Below, piece by piece: positions 39,458 to 47,843 of a stretch of DNA of 64,000 nt; the first letter of the stretch is position 1; every line of letters begins with the position of its first letter. The notes beneath the pieces were generated by a model. That model saw only the letters and a program-made list of their open reading frames with translations. It had not been told where the DNA came from and did not search any database. The position numbers were made by a program, and so were the translations under genes. The stretch is from contig DAPM01000011.1 in the NCBI GenBank assembly GCA_002502135.1, forward strand, positions 7,736-71,735, written 5' to 3'. The stretch is from an archaeon UBA543. GTDB lineage: Archaea > Undinarchaeota > Undinarchaeia > Undinarchaeales > UBA543.

Positions 39458-41512
39458 ATGCGGGGGAGAATTGTAATCATTGCACTATTATTTCTAATAA
39501 TCTTATCCAGCCCAGTCTTTGCAGCTTCAGAAGTCAAGACATACCGCGATTCTGAATACACTTACCAATCTGAATACTTCACAGATGGCGGAACAATTTA
39601 CATTCTGGCCTCAAATTCTGTCACCTGTTGTGATGACATTACTGCAACAATTTCAGTAAACAATGTTGATAAGAGCACAATCACCCTGAAAGACGAAGGC
39701 AATGGCTTTTACAAAGGAAACTTCAAAATAAATTCTGAAATCACAGCTGGTTTTGTTCAAATGGCAAACAGCGAACAAGCCACAATCCAGGTCGAGTTCA
39801 CTCCAATCTACAAGCGCAGTTCAAGCACAACAGCCTACTACATCAAACCAAAATCAACAGAACTAACTGCAGAATTGAAAGACTATGCAACTCTTTCTTG
39901 GGATGAAATCTCCCCAGACATAGCACTTTCACACTACAACATTTACAGAAGCACTGAAGAGCTCACAGACGCCAACAAAAAGCTTGCAGACACTTTCACA
40001 ACAGCAGTTGATGAATACGAAGACTCCACAACAAGAGATGGAAAAACCTACTGCTACGGTGTTTCTGCAGTTGATATTGCAGGCAACATTGCAGAATTGT
40101 CAAATGTGGAATGCCTTGACCTTGAAGATGAAACAGCACCAAGCTCAGTAACTGGTTTGACAGCAACTCCAATTCAAGGTGGCAGAATCAAAATCTCCTG
40201 GAAGGAATCTGAAGACAATGTAGCTGTAAATGAATACAATATTTACAAATTAAAAGAAGAGGATGATGAAATTGATCTTGACGATCCTGATGAAGCAGTT
40301 TTGGAAACCGAATACATTGACGAGAAACTGAAAGACGGCAAAACCTATTATTATACAGTCTCTGCTGTTGACACTTCTGAAAACATCGGCCCTGCGTCTC
40401 CAGTAGTCAGCGCAGTTTCTGACAAAAATCCTCCAACCGAATCTGCTTTAACTGCAGAAAGACAGAGGGGCGGAAAAGTTGTTCTTTCCTGGACAGAAAT
40501 CTATGGCGCAGAGTATTATTATTTGTATGCAGGAACTTCAAAAGCACTAGAAGTCGAGCCTGTAGTTCTTTCAGGAGACACACTAACTCACACCCATTTC
40601 CCGCAAGCTGAAACTTTCTATGCTGTTTCTGCTGTGGATTCTGCAGGAAACGAAGCAGAATTATCAAACATATTAAGCATTACCCCAGATTCAGAGCCTC
40701 CAAAATCAGTAACTGGCTTGTCAGCAGTTGCAAATCCTGATAACAGCATCACACTCACTTGGACAGAATCAACTGACAAAGACTTCAAGCAATACAACAT
40801 TTACCGCTCAGCTGTTTCCAGCATCTCATTCTCAGTTCCAATTAAAATCACAACCCTCAACTCTTTCACAGACAGGGAACTAAACCACAATCAACAGTAT
40901 TTCTATGTTGTCCGCGCAGAAGACGAAGCAGGAAATGAAGATAATAATCAAAGATCTGTTAGTGAAACAGCAAGAGACCTCAACTTAAAATTGGAAGTAG
41001 TTCAGCCATCTGCAGAAATTCGAGTTTCACAAGATATGCTGGTGGTTGCTGGAATCACAGACCCAGATGCAATTATGAGCATTTCAGGAATCACAGAAGA
41101 CATTTTAATTGACGACAATGGCGGTTTCCTTACAATCATTCCACTTATCTCAGGTGAGCAGGAAATTATTGTCAGAGCTACTGATCCAAATGACAATGTG
41201 AAAACAGAAATCCTGAAAGTGAATAACAGAAAAGATGAAATCAGCGCAGATGCTGAAACAATCAGAAAAGAACACCTGAACAAGCTCAAACTCCTAAGTG
41301 AAACAGCACCTGGCCAAATTCAGCAGTTGAATATTGAAGCATCTGAAGATATTCTAAAACAAGCAGATCCTGAAGTGAATATTGGTGAAGTGTCCCAGAT
41401 TACAGGATTAGTAACTGGAAGCAGAGGTGGAATCTGGTCTTCTATAATCGGTTTTATTTTCGTAGGTGGAATAATTGCAGTGTTGTATGGTAAAAAGAAG
41501 GGATTGTTTTAG
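39458..41512 (+). CDS. secreted surface protein with repeated fibronectin type III-like domains and C-terminal TM anchor
   Basis: 684 aa with a signal peptide. At least four repeats have the pattern W..S......YNIYRS...Y.Y.VSAVD..GN. It ends with a hydrophobic C-terminus plus KKKG. Confidence 0.7.
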   Translation: MRGRIVIIALLFLIILSSPVFAASEVKTYRDSEYTYQSEYFTDGGTIYILASNSVTCCDDITATISVNNVDKSTITLKDEGNGFYKGNFKINSEITAGFVQMANSEQATIQVEFTPIYKRSSSTTAYYIKPKSTELTAELKDYATLSWDEISPDIALSHYNIYRSTEELTDANKKLADTFTTAVDEYEDSTTRDGKTYCYGVSAVDIAGNIAELSNVECLDLEDETAPSSVTGLTATPIQGGRIKISWKESEDNVAVNEYNIYKLKEEDDEIDLDDPDEAVLETEYIDEKLKDGKTYYYTVSAVDTSENIGPASPVVSAVSDKNPPTESALTAERQRGGKVVLSWTEIYGAEYYYLYAGTSKALEVEPVVLSGDTLTHTHFPQAETFYAVSAVDSAGNEAELSNILSITPDSEPPKSVTGLSAVANPDNSITLTWTESTDKDFKQYNIYRSAVSSISFSVPIKITTLNSFTDRELNHNQQYFYVVRAEDEAGNEDNNQRSVSETARDLNLKLEVVQPSAEIRVSQDMLVVAGITDPDAIMSISGITEDILIDDNGGFLTIIPLISGEQEIIVRATDPNDNVKTEILKVNNRKDEISADAETIRKEHLNKLKLLSETAPGQIQQLNIEASEDILKQADPEVNIGEVSQITGLVTGSRGGIWSSIIGFIFVGGIIAVLYGKKKGLF

Positions 41513-41514
41513 TT

Positions 41515-41543
41515 CTCCGCGGATATTTGAATTGGTTAAATTT
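41515..41543 (+). repeat. solo left end of the 154-bp element (copy C, truncated)
   Basis: ctccgcGgatatttgaattggttaaattt matches 61567-61595 at 28/29 positions. It lies in the 41-nt gap between two convergent genes. Confidence 0.7.
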
Positions 41544-41553
41544 TTAGAATAGC

Positions 41554-43482
41554 TCAATTTCCTGTAAATTTCGGCCTTCGTGACAATTCTCTTGGCAAAC
41601 TCAATTTCTTGAAAACCATTCCCTCACACTTTTTCTGAATTTCTGCAACTAAATCAGCCAAACTCATATCAACAACTTTTCCAGAACTCCTAACTCTCAC
41701 AGGAATCTTCTTTGCTTTCAATTCCTTATCCCCAATCACAAGAGTATAAGGCACCCACTCTTTCTCACTTCCAGAAATTTTCTTCCCAACACTCTCGCCC
41801 CTGTCATCAATATCAACACGAATATTGGCTTTCTCTAGTTCCTCAGCAATTTTCAAGCAAGCTTTATTATGCGAATCTGAAACAGCGCAAACCCTAACCT
41901 GAGTTGGCGACAGCCACAACGGTAGAATTCCTTTCTTACCCTTCTGCTGATCCATATACGCTTTCTCAAGCAGAGCGTAAATTGCTCGTTCAATAGCTCC
42001 GCCTGGTGACATGTGCAAAATTACTGGCCTGTGCTCCTTACCATCCTCACCAATATAATTCAAATCATAAGTATCTCCATTTTCAACATCAATCTGATCA
42101 GTAGTCAATGTCGCTGCCTTATCCAAAGCATCAACAAAATTAATTTCATACTTCATAACAAAATAAAAGAATCTCTTATCCCAAACTTCAACCAGCATTG
42201 GCCTGCCCCATTTCTTTGCAAGATCTTTAATTACTTCAGGATGCTCATCTTCAAATTCCTTAACCCATCGCATTGCAAATTCCAAATCATCCTTCTTGTC
42301 AAAGCCATATCCTTTCAGAACTTTCTCAGCAAGATTAAACCTAACTAAAAGTTCTTCACTTGCCTGCTTCACATCAGTACATAGTGCATGCACATCAGGC
42401 ATTGTAAATGCTCTCAATCGCCTCAAACCAGCTAATTCTCCTCTTTTCTCAGTCCTGAAGCTGTATCTGGTCATCTCATAAATCTTCAAAGGCATATTCT
42501 TGTACGAAATCGTAGCATCGTGCGCCATCAGGAACTGCCCAAAACACGCTGAAAACCGCAGGAAACACTCCTTATTTGGGGTTTTTACAATATATTGTCG
42601 CGCTGGGAAGCGGTTAAGGTACTTTTTCAGCACAGGGTGCTCGTAATCATACATTATCGGTGCTTCCACTTCCATCCCACCATAATCTACAACTTCTCTA
42701 GTGGTATAATCCTCAAGCAAACCTTTAATCAGTCTGCCATTCGGGTAAAACCTTAAATTCCCAGGATCACTTCCAGGCTCGTAATCAGCAATTTCCAGTT
42801 TCTTCATCAATTCAATATGTGGAGGCTGTTTGTCAACAGTGCGATTCTTTGCTAATTCGTACAAGCACATCTTCTCCAGCTTTGGATATTTTTCAAAATT
42901 ATAACCCTTAATTTTTCCGTTCTCAATTTTGATTTCATGCCTCTTTCCTGTTGGCTCTAAAATATAGAATTTGGACTTCAGCAATTCCTCTTTCTTCACA
43001 GCTTCAGAAACTGCCTGTTCCTCAGCTCCCTCTTTCTCAAGTCCAGGCTCACCACCAGCGCGAATAATTCTGGACCACTCACTAAGCGGATGACCCTTGC
43101 ACTTCATTTCAAATTCCTTATACCAGCCAAATGGACTTAGCTTGACTTTCAATCCTTTCTTCTCAAGTCCATCTTTTACTAAATTCTGAATTTCAAGAGC
43201 AGTTCTCGGCTTTGACGGCTTTGCGCCATAAAGCAAGTGAACATACGGATAGAAAACAACATTCTTGGTCTTGAGCTGGTCGGAAATCTTAATCAAATCA
43301 GCAACAGCTTTCTTTGCAACTTCCTTTTCATGACCTTCATCCTCAACTTCAGTTGCAAATCTGGCAAACAAACACTCTTCCATCCTGCCTTTCTTCTGGT
43401 CGTCTTTCAGCTCCCCGGCTAGTTTTGTCTTCTTCTTCGCCTGCCATTGCACGTAGTCAACATGCTGAATGAGCTCCTTCAT
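41554..43482 (-). CDS. thrS: threonyl-tRNA synthetase (archaeal type with N-terminal DTD-like editing domain)
   Basis: 642 aa with an archaeal-type N-terminal editing region, a class II core and a C-terminal anticodon-binding domain. Confidence 0.88.
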   Translation of the reverse strand: MKELIQHVDYVQWQAKKKTKLAGELKDDQKKGRMEECLFARFATEVEDEGHEKEVAKKAVADLIKISDQLKTKNVVFYPYVHLLYGAKPSKPRTALEIQNLVKDGLEKKGLKVKLSPFGWYKEFEMKCKGHPLSEWSRIIRAGGEPGLEKEGAEEQAVSEAVKKEELLKSKFYILEPTGKRHEIKIENGKIKGYNFEKYPKLEKMCLYELAKNRTVDKQPPHIELMKKLEIADYEPGSDPGNLRFYPNGRLIKGLLEDYTTREVVDYGGMEVEAPIMYDYEHPVLKKYLNRFPARQYIVKTPNKECFLRFSACFGQFLMAHDATISYKNMPLKIYEMTRYSFRTEKRGELAGLRRLRAFTMPDVHALCTDVKQASEELLVRFNLAEKVLKGYGFDKKDDLEFAMRWVKEFEDEHPEVIKDLAKKWGRPMLVEVWDKRFFYFVMKYEINFVDALDKAATLTTDQIDVENGDTYDLNYIGEDGKEHRPVILHMSPGGAIERAIYALLEKAYMDQQKGKKGILPLWLSPTQVRVCAVSDSHNKACLKIAEELEKANIRVDIDDRGESVGKKISGSEKEWVPYTLVIGDKELKAKKIPVRVRSSGKVVDMSLADLVAEIQKKCEGMVFKKLSLPRELSRRPKFTGN

Positions 43483-43503
43483 TTTTTGTTTGTCCTATTT
43501 GTT

Positions 43504-43590
43504 CGCGTGTAGGCGTGAAAGAGTAAAGGGGTGTAGGCGAAACGCCTTTACGCCCCCGCGCTTATACGCCTTTACGCATAAACGCCTTTC
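43504..43590. repeat. GC-rich repeat/hairpin block immediately upstream of thrS
   Basis: acgcctttacgc occurs at 43542 and 43566, with acgcctttc at 43582. gtgtaggcg occurs at 43507 and 43531. There is a hairpin aggcg-aaa-cgcct. The flanks are AT-rich. Confidence 0.7.
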
Positions 43591-43604
43591 TGTTTTTGTA
43601 TTAT

Positions 43605-43733
43605 TTAAATTATGGCATTCACTAATGTGAACATTACTTTCCCTATTACGTAAATTCCGAATACAATTACTAGCGAGGTGATGACTCCGAGCCGCAGAGC
43701 TGTGGAGTTCCCATCAATATGGTTCAGGCTCAT
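43605..43733 (-). CDS. small hydrophobic protein (42 aa), hypothetical
   Basis: My own translation reads MSLNHIDGNSTALRLGVITSLVIVFGIYVIGKVMFTLVNAII. Its ATG overlaps the stop of the upstream HTH reading frame (ATGA). Confidence 0.3.
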   Translation of the reverse strand: MSLNHIDGNSTALRLGVITSLVIVFGIYVIGKVMFTLVNAII

Positions 43734-44014
43734 TTCAAGCACCTCATAATACAGCTTCTCGACACATTGAAAATCTTTGCAAGCTGTCGAATTGAGTAGA
43801 ACTCTCGAATTTTGAAAATCTCCTGTTTATCTTGCAGAGTTAATTTTGAAGGTCTTCCAACTTTGTTAGAACTAAATTCCTCTCTACAACTGAAGCTTCC
43901 GGACTGTTTCGCACTCCCTTCTGTTGATTTGACAATCCCTTCTATCTCGATGAACAGGCCATTGGCTCTCCCCTCTTTCTTGTGAGTAAAGCTGCCTCCA
44001 TGTAGAGTTGTTAT
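43730..44014 (-). pseudogene. resolvase-type helix-turn-helix reading frame lacking a canonical start (remnant or frameshifted gene)
   Basis: A stop-to-stop frame of 94 codons ends ...NKVGRPSKLTLQDKQEIFKIREFYSIRQLAKIFNVSRSCIMRCLK. There is no ATG/GTG/TTG before the HTH. A 40-codon ATG ORF (from 44018) lies in another frame upstream. Confidence 0.35.
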
Positions 44015-44078
44015 TCATCGTGCAATCTAGTAGTACTAAATCATATATAAATCTGGTGTCTCGAAACTAACAAAACCA

Positions 44079-44870
44079 TCAATACTCATCTATTTTCTGC
44101 TGTCCCTTTTTCTGTCTTTTTCCTCTCTTCTTCACTTCTTTTTTCTGTCGTCTTTGTTTCTTCTCTATTATCTTCTTCAATTTTTGTGTATTGTCTCCGA
44201 TATCTCTAAATACAAATTCATAATAAGTCCAGCCATCTTTTTTTTGTTTTTTAAGATCAAATCTTTTCTCACAAAGGTTTTTCAAGTAGACGGCGCGCCA
44301 CTTATTATATCTCTTATCTTTTTTTGTTAAAACACTTTCATCCATCTCCAATTTTTCCACTAAAATCTGAGCTTTTTTAAATCCCTCTTCTTCTGCAACT
44401 TTTATCAAACTTAATATAAGATAAATTGAAAGATCTTTTCCCCCTTCTGATTCTATTATACACGGCCACATCATATTGATGGTGTCATCTTCTTTTTGTC
44501 CAACAATATAACCAATCACATCCGCCTCTTTCCTAGCTTCAATTATCATGTCTGCACTAGCTTTAAGCCTGGAAACAACACCAGGTTTTCCATAGTCCAA
44601 TAAGTTTCTTGATCCCCATTCGCGCATCAAACTCATTTCACTCCCATATTTTATGTAAAACTCTACTATCTCCTCTAATTCCATCATACTATCCATATCT
44701 ATCCCAAACATACTTCCAATTAGTGATGGTGGTCCAAGAGATAGGGGCAATTTTTCAAAAGAATACTCTTCCACATCTTCAAGTTTTTTTAACTCTAGCT
44801 CATAATATCCTTGGAAAGTGTTAAAAATTTCTCTAGCATATATTATACCTCTATCCTTGCCCATTCCCAA
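44079..44870 (-). CDS. GNAT-like protein with Lys/Arg-rich C-terminal tail, function unknown
   Basis: 263 aa with a TTG start. The segment VIGYIVGQKEDD...IIESEGGKDLSIYLILSLIKVAEEEGFKKAQILVE resembles the GNAT core. The tail reads KKQRRQKKEVKKRGKRQKKGQQK. Confidence 0.4.
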   Translation of the reverse strand: MGMGKDRGIIYAREIFNTFQGYYELELKKLEDVEEYSFEKLPLSLGPPSLIGSMFGIDMDSMMELEEIVEFYIKYGSEMSLMREWGSRNLLDYGKPGVVSRLKASADMIIEARKEADVIGYIVGQKEDDTINMMWPCIIESEGGKDLSIYLILSLIKVAEEEGFKKAQILVEKLEMDESVLTKKDKRYNKWRAVYLKNLCEKRFDLKKQKKDGWTYYEFVFRDIGDNTQKLKKIIEKKQRRQKKEVKKRGKRQKKGQQKIDEY

Positions 44871-45288
44871 CCCCCTGTATATCCATCATAATAATCTTGT
44901 AATCCTCAATAATAATTGCATGGTCAAATGCCAACTGCAATTTATCAACTTTCGCAATCAAACCTTCCATAACATCTGAAGCATCCGAGCCAGCTTTCAG
45001 TTTCCCTTTTTTCTTTTTTGCAAAAAACACAACAGAAACTGTATGTCCTCTTGGATCCCGATCAGGACCTGAATAAACACCAAGAAGCCCTTCTAGCTCA
45101 ACATCCAAACCAGTTTCTTCCTTAACTTCTCTCAAAGCAGCCTGCTCCACAGTCTCACCATAATCTACAAAACCACCAGGCAGAGCCCAAGCACCCTGGA
45201 ACGGCTCATTCTTCCTCTGAATCAAAACAACTTTCGTTCCATCAGAAACCACAACATCAACTGTAAGTCTTGTAACTTTGTCTGCCAT
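44851..45288 (-). CDS. Nudix hydrolase
   Basis: I prefer the ATG at 45288 (MADKVTRLTVDV). The Nudix box is GGFVDYGETVEQAALREVKEETGL. Its 3' end overlaps the GNAT-like gene. Confidence 0.82.
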   Translation of the reverse strand: MADKVTRLTVDVVVSDGTKVVLIQRKNEPFQGAWALPGGFVDYGETVEQAALREVKEETGLDVELEGLLGVYSGPDRDPRGHTVSVVFFAKKKKGKLKAGSDASDVMEGLIAKVDKLQLAFDHAIIIEDYKIIMMDIQGVGNGQG

Positions 45289-45363
45289 AACAGAAAATTG
45301 TACTTTTCTGTTAATATACTTTGCCTCAAAAGGTATTTTAATAAAGGAAAACAACACTTGAGT

Positions 45364-46068
45364 ATGGCTAAGGTAGAATTTAAAACGCCAGCCGAAAGGA
45401 GAATTGGAGAAAGTATAGACATTCCTGCTCTTTTGAAAAAAAGCTCGCAAATCTATCACATCACAAGACCACTTCTATTCCCTATCCGTATTAAAATTTT
45501 TGAAATAATTAATGAGATCAACAAGACAAAAGAACGAGGGGCTTATTTGGGTGAAATCTGTACTTATACTGAGCGCAAGCACGGGACTATTCAAAGACAC
45601 CTGCCTCGTCTTGAAGCATTTGGCTACATTGAATCTGTCGGCTTTCGGCGTAGTGTTAAGTTAACTGAACATGGAGAGATTGTATTTAACCATTACATTC
45701 GAACAATTAACAAATGGAATCTTGATATTCTTACTGAAGCAAATCTTCTTTCAACAAATTCTCCAAACATTTATACTGTTCTTAAACTTGTAAGCCTTGG
45801 AATCCGCGCAGGCAAACCCATGAACTTGTCAGAAATTTTTGGAAGTATATTTGGTATGGAAAATGTAAAAAATGGACGCGTTGTACGAGATAGTTTACTG
45901 GAATCTGAAATCATAAAGCTGAAACCTGGTGATAAGCGTACCATTCACGATTCCAAAAGCATGAATTTCTTCTTAACTAAAAAAGGTCGCAAAACACTAT
46001 ATTGTTTGGAGCAATTACATCAACAATGGACCCGCAAGGGAATCGACTTTCCTACTTCAATTCGATAA
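45364..46068 (+). CDS. winged-helix (ArsR/MarR-like) DNA-binding protein, two wHTH-like halves
   Basis: ATG at 45364 (MAKVEFK). The strings IRIKIFEIINE...LGEICTYTERKHGTIQRHLPRLEAFGYIE are present. Confidence 0.5.
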   Translation: MAKVEFKTPAERRIGESIDIPALLKKSSQIYHITRPLLFPIRIKIFEIINEINKTKERGAYLGEICTYTERKHGTIQRHLPRLEAFGYIESVGFRRSVKLTEHGEIVFNHYIRTINKWNLDILTEANLLSTNSPNIYTVLKLVSLGIRAGKPMNLSEIFGSIFGMENVKNGRVVRDSLLESEIIKLKPGDKRTIHDSKSMNFFLTKKGRKTLYCLEQLHQQWTRKGIDFPTSIR

Positions 46069-46417
46069 TATCCTTAACAACTTCATAACTCAATTTAAAT
46101 TCCCTAGCCAACTGCTCCAAACTCTTATGCCCCAAATCATACTGCTTCCGAATCTCCTTCTCAGTTTCAACTGAAACACCATTTCCTTCAACATCACCCA
46201 TAATTGCAACATGCACATTCTCATTCAAATAATCCTTAACCTCCTGCGCCATTCCTGCCCAAACATGCCCATCAACAACTAATTGGTGTAGTTCCCTGCA
46301 TTTCATAACAATTTCAGTGGCTCCATTCATTGAAAGCGCAAACTTCACTACCAAAACACCACTATCCTGCGGTATCCGCCACAGATCCTCCTTGTTCTCA
46401 GCAACAATTCTTTTCAC
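46052..46417 (-). CDS. hypothetical protein with C-terminal HTH
   Basis: 121 aa with a GTG start. The C-terminus KSLEQLAREFKLSYEVVKDII is HTH-like. Confidence 0.4.
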   Translation of the reverse strand: MKRIVAENKEDLWRIPQDSGVLVVKFALSMNGATEIVMKCRELHQLVVDGHVWAGMAQEVKDYLNENVHVAIMGDVEGNGVSVETEKEIRKQYDLGHKSLEQLAREFKLSYEVVKDIIELK

Positions 46418-46459
46418 AAAATACTGTTTTGCTGGTTTGTTATTAAAACTATTGTTTTA

Positions 46460-46638
46460 CTGGGTTAACTGGGTGGGCATTAGGCTTTAGGCGTTGGGCT
46501 TTAGGTATTGAGCTAACGTCTCGAAGCTTGGAAAATGTGTCTGGCTTCGAGGCTTGTCCAGTAACCAAGTGGGAGGCCTGGACATTGCCTAACGCCAGCT
46601 CAAACAAAACAATTACTCAAAACGCCTAACGCCTGAAC
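46460..46638. repeat. GC-rich multi-hairpin inverted-repeat block (candidate ncRNA, operator array or inserted element)
   Basis: Three copies of ggcWttaggY lie at 46476, 46483 and 46497, facing two copies of gcctaacgcc at 46587 and 46624. Nested pairings: tgagct/agctca (46509/46597), ctcgaagc/gcttcgag (46520/46544), gtccag/ctggac (46556/46578). Confidence 0.6.
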
Positions 46639-47481
46639 CTATTTAATCTTCTCCAACAGCTTCTCTGCAGCGCTTGCAAGGTCTTGTTTGTTTCCGCCAA
46701 TTCCGCCTGCTAGTTTCTCTACAGCTTTTGTAAGCTCCATTGGGAACACAATCTTTGTGCTTCTGCCGTCTGCAACATCCTTCAAAGCTTTAATGTAAAG
46801 ATAATTCAAAGTAGGAGTTGTTAGTTGTCCAGCCGCAGCTTCAATTGCGCCAATTCGAATCTTTGTGGTTTCTGCTTCCTGAAGTTCTGCTCTCTTGTAC
46901 CTTTCTGCAATTTCTTCAGCCTGCATTGCATCAACCATTTTCTGTGGTGGTGTAACAGAAATCAGCTCGACATTCACAATCATAACGCCCCACTCAATAG
47001 CGAGCTTCTGAACATCCTCTCTAAGCTGGTTGTTAACATGATCAATTTTTCCGTAAAGCTCGTCAATTTCCATGCTTCCGACAAGGTTTCTGATTCGGCC
47101 TTTAACGTGCTCTTCAATAGCTTTCCTGTAATCCTCTTCAACATAAAGTTCTGCTTTCACAGGATCGTCAACTCTAAGATAAATAATAGCATCAATATTC
47201 AATTTAACAGCATCTTTTGTGATGACTGTTTGTGGTGGGATGTCAATAGTTTCAGTACGGAGGTCGTATTTTACAAAAGTTTCAATCATCGGTATAACAA
47301 ATCTCCATCCTGGCTCTGCAACCCTGTGGTATTTTCCAAACCGGTAGACTACGCCACGTTCATATTCTTTGAACTCAAACATAATCTTGCCTAGAATCAG
47401 GTTCTTCGGTGACTTGACAATTAGGCCTAGTCCTCCGAATACGAGAATTACCGGTATTGCAATGAGCATCCACATAACCAT
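46639..47481 (-). CDS. SPFH/band-7 (stomatin/prohibitin-like) protein
   Basis: 280 aa with an N-terminal TM, an SPFH core (TKDAVKLNIDAIIYLRV) and a coiled C-terminus. Confidence 0.85.
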   Translation of the reverse strand: MVMWMLIAIPVILVFGGLGLIVKSPKNLILGKIMFEFKEYERGVVYRFGKYHRVAEPGWRFVIPMIETFVKYDLRTETIDIPPQTVITKDAVKLNIDAIIYLRVDDPVKAELYVEEDYRKAIEEHVKGRIRNLVGSMEIDELYGKIDHVNNQLREDVQKLAIEWGVMIVNVELISVTPPQKMVDAMQAEEIAERYKRAELQEAETTKIRIGAIEAAAGQLTTPTLNYLYIKALKDVADGRSTKIVFPMELTKAVEKLAGGIGGNKQDLASAAEKLLEKIK

Positions 47482-47552
47482 TTTTTAACCACCAGTGACC
47501 TTTGTCACTACTATCGAGTGGTATATTTGGTATATAAGTGTTTTGGATTTAC

Positions 47553-47837
47553 TTAAACCCCGTCACACTTGTGATCCTCTGGCATCCTGTGTTTAGAGCA
47601 ATAAAGCCCTTTACAGAACTTGCACTTGAACGGCATAGTAACCTGATCTCCACACATTCCGCAGATCCCAGTAACTGGAGCTGTCTCTTTCCCGCTCGGT
47701 TTTATTGGCTCAACAATCCCTGACAAACTCGGATGTCTTGTAACAACTTTAGAACTTTCTCCCATAAAATAAATACGATAAGCTAGAACAGCAACTACAA
47801 TCGCCACTCCTATGAAAAAGTACAATCCAATTCCCAA
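47553..47837 (-). CDS. membrane-anchored AN1-type zinc-finger protein
   Basis: 94 aa with an N-terminal TM followed by CGMCGD...FKCKFCKGLYCSKHRMPEDHKC. Confidence 0.7.
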   Translation of the reverse strand: MGIGLYFFIGVAIVVAVLAYRIYFMGESSKVVTRHPSLSGIVEPIKPSGKETAPVTGICGMCGDQVTMPFKCKFCKGLYCSKHRMPEDHKCDGV

Positions 47838-47843
47838 TGTGGT

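Noticed and set aside
39458-41512. Periodic repeats in this region as a possible CRISPR-like or tandem DNA array
   Set aside because: The periodicity is at the protein level (FN3-like domains of about 90-100 aa with divergent DNA) inside one long ORF with a signal peptide and anchor. There are no short identical direct repeats with spacers.
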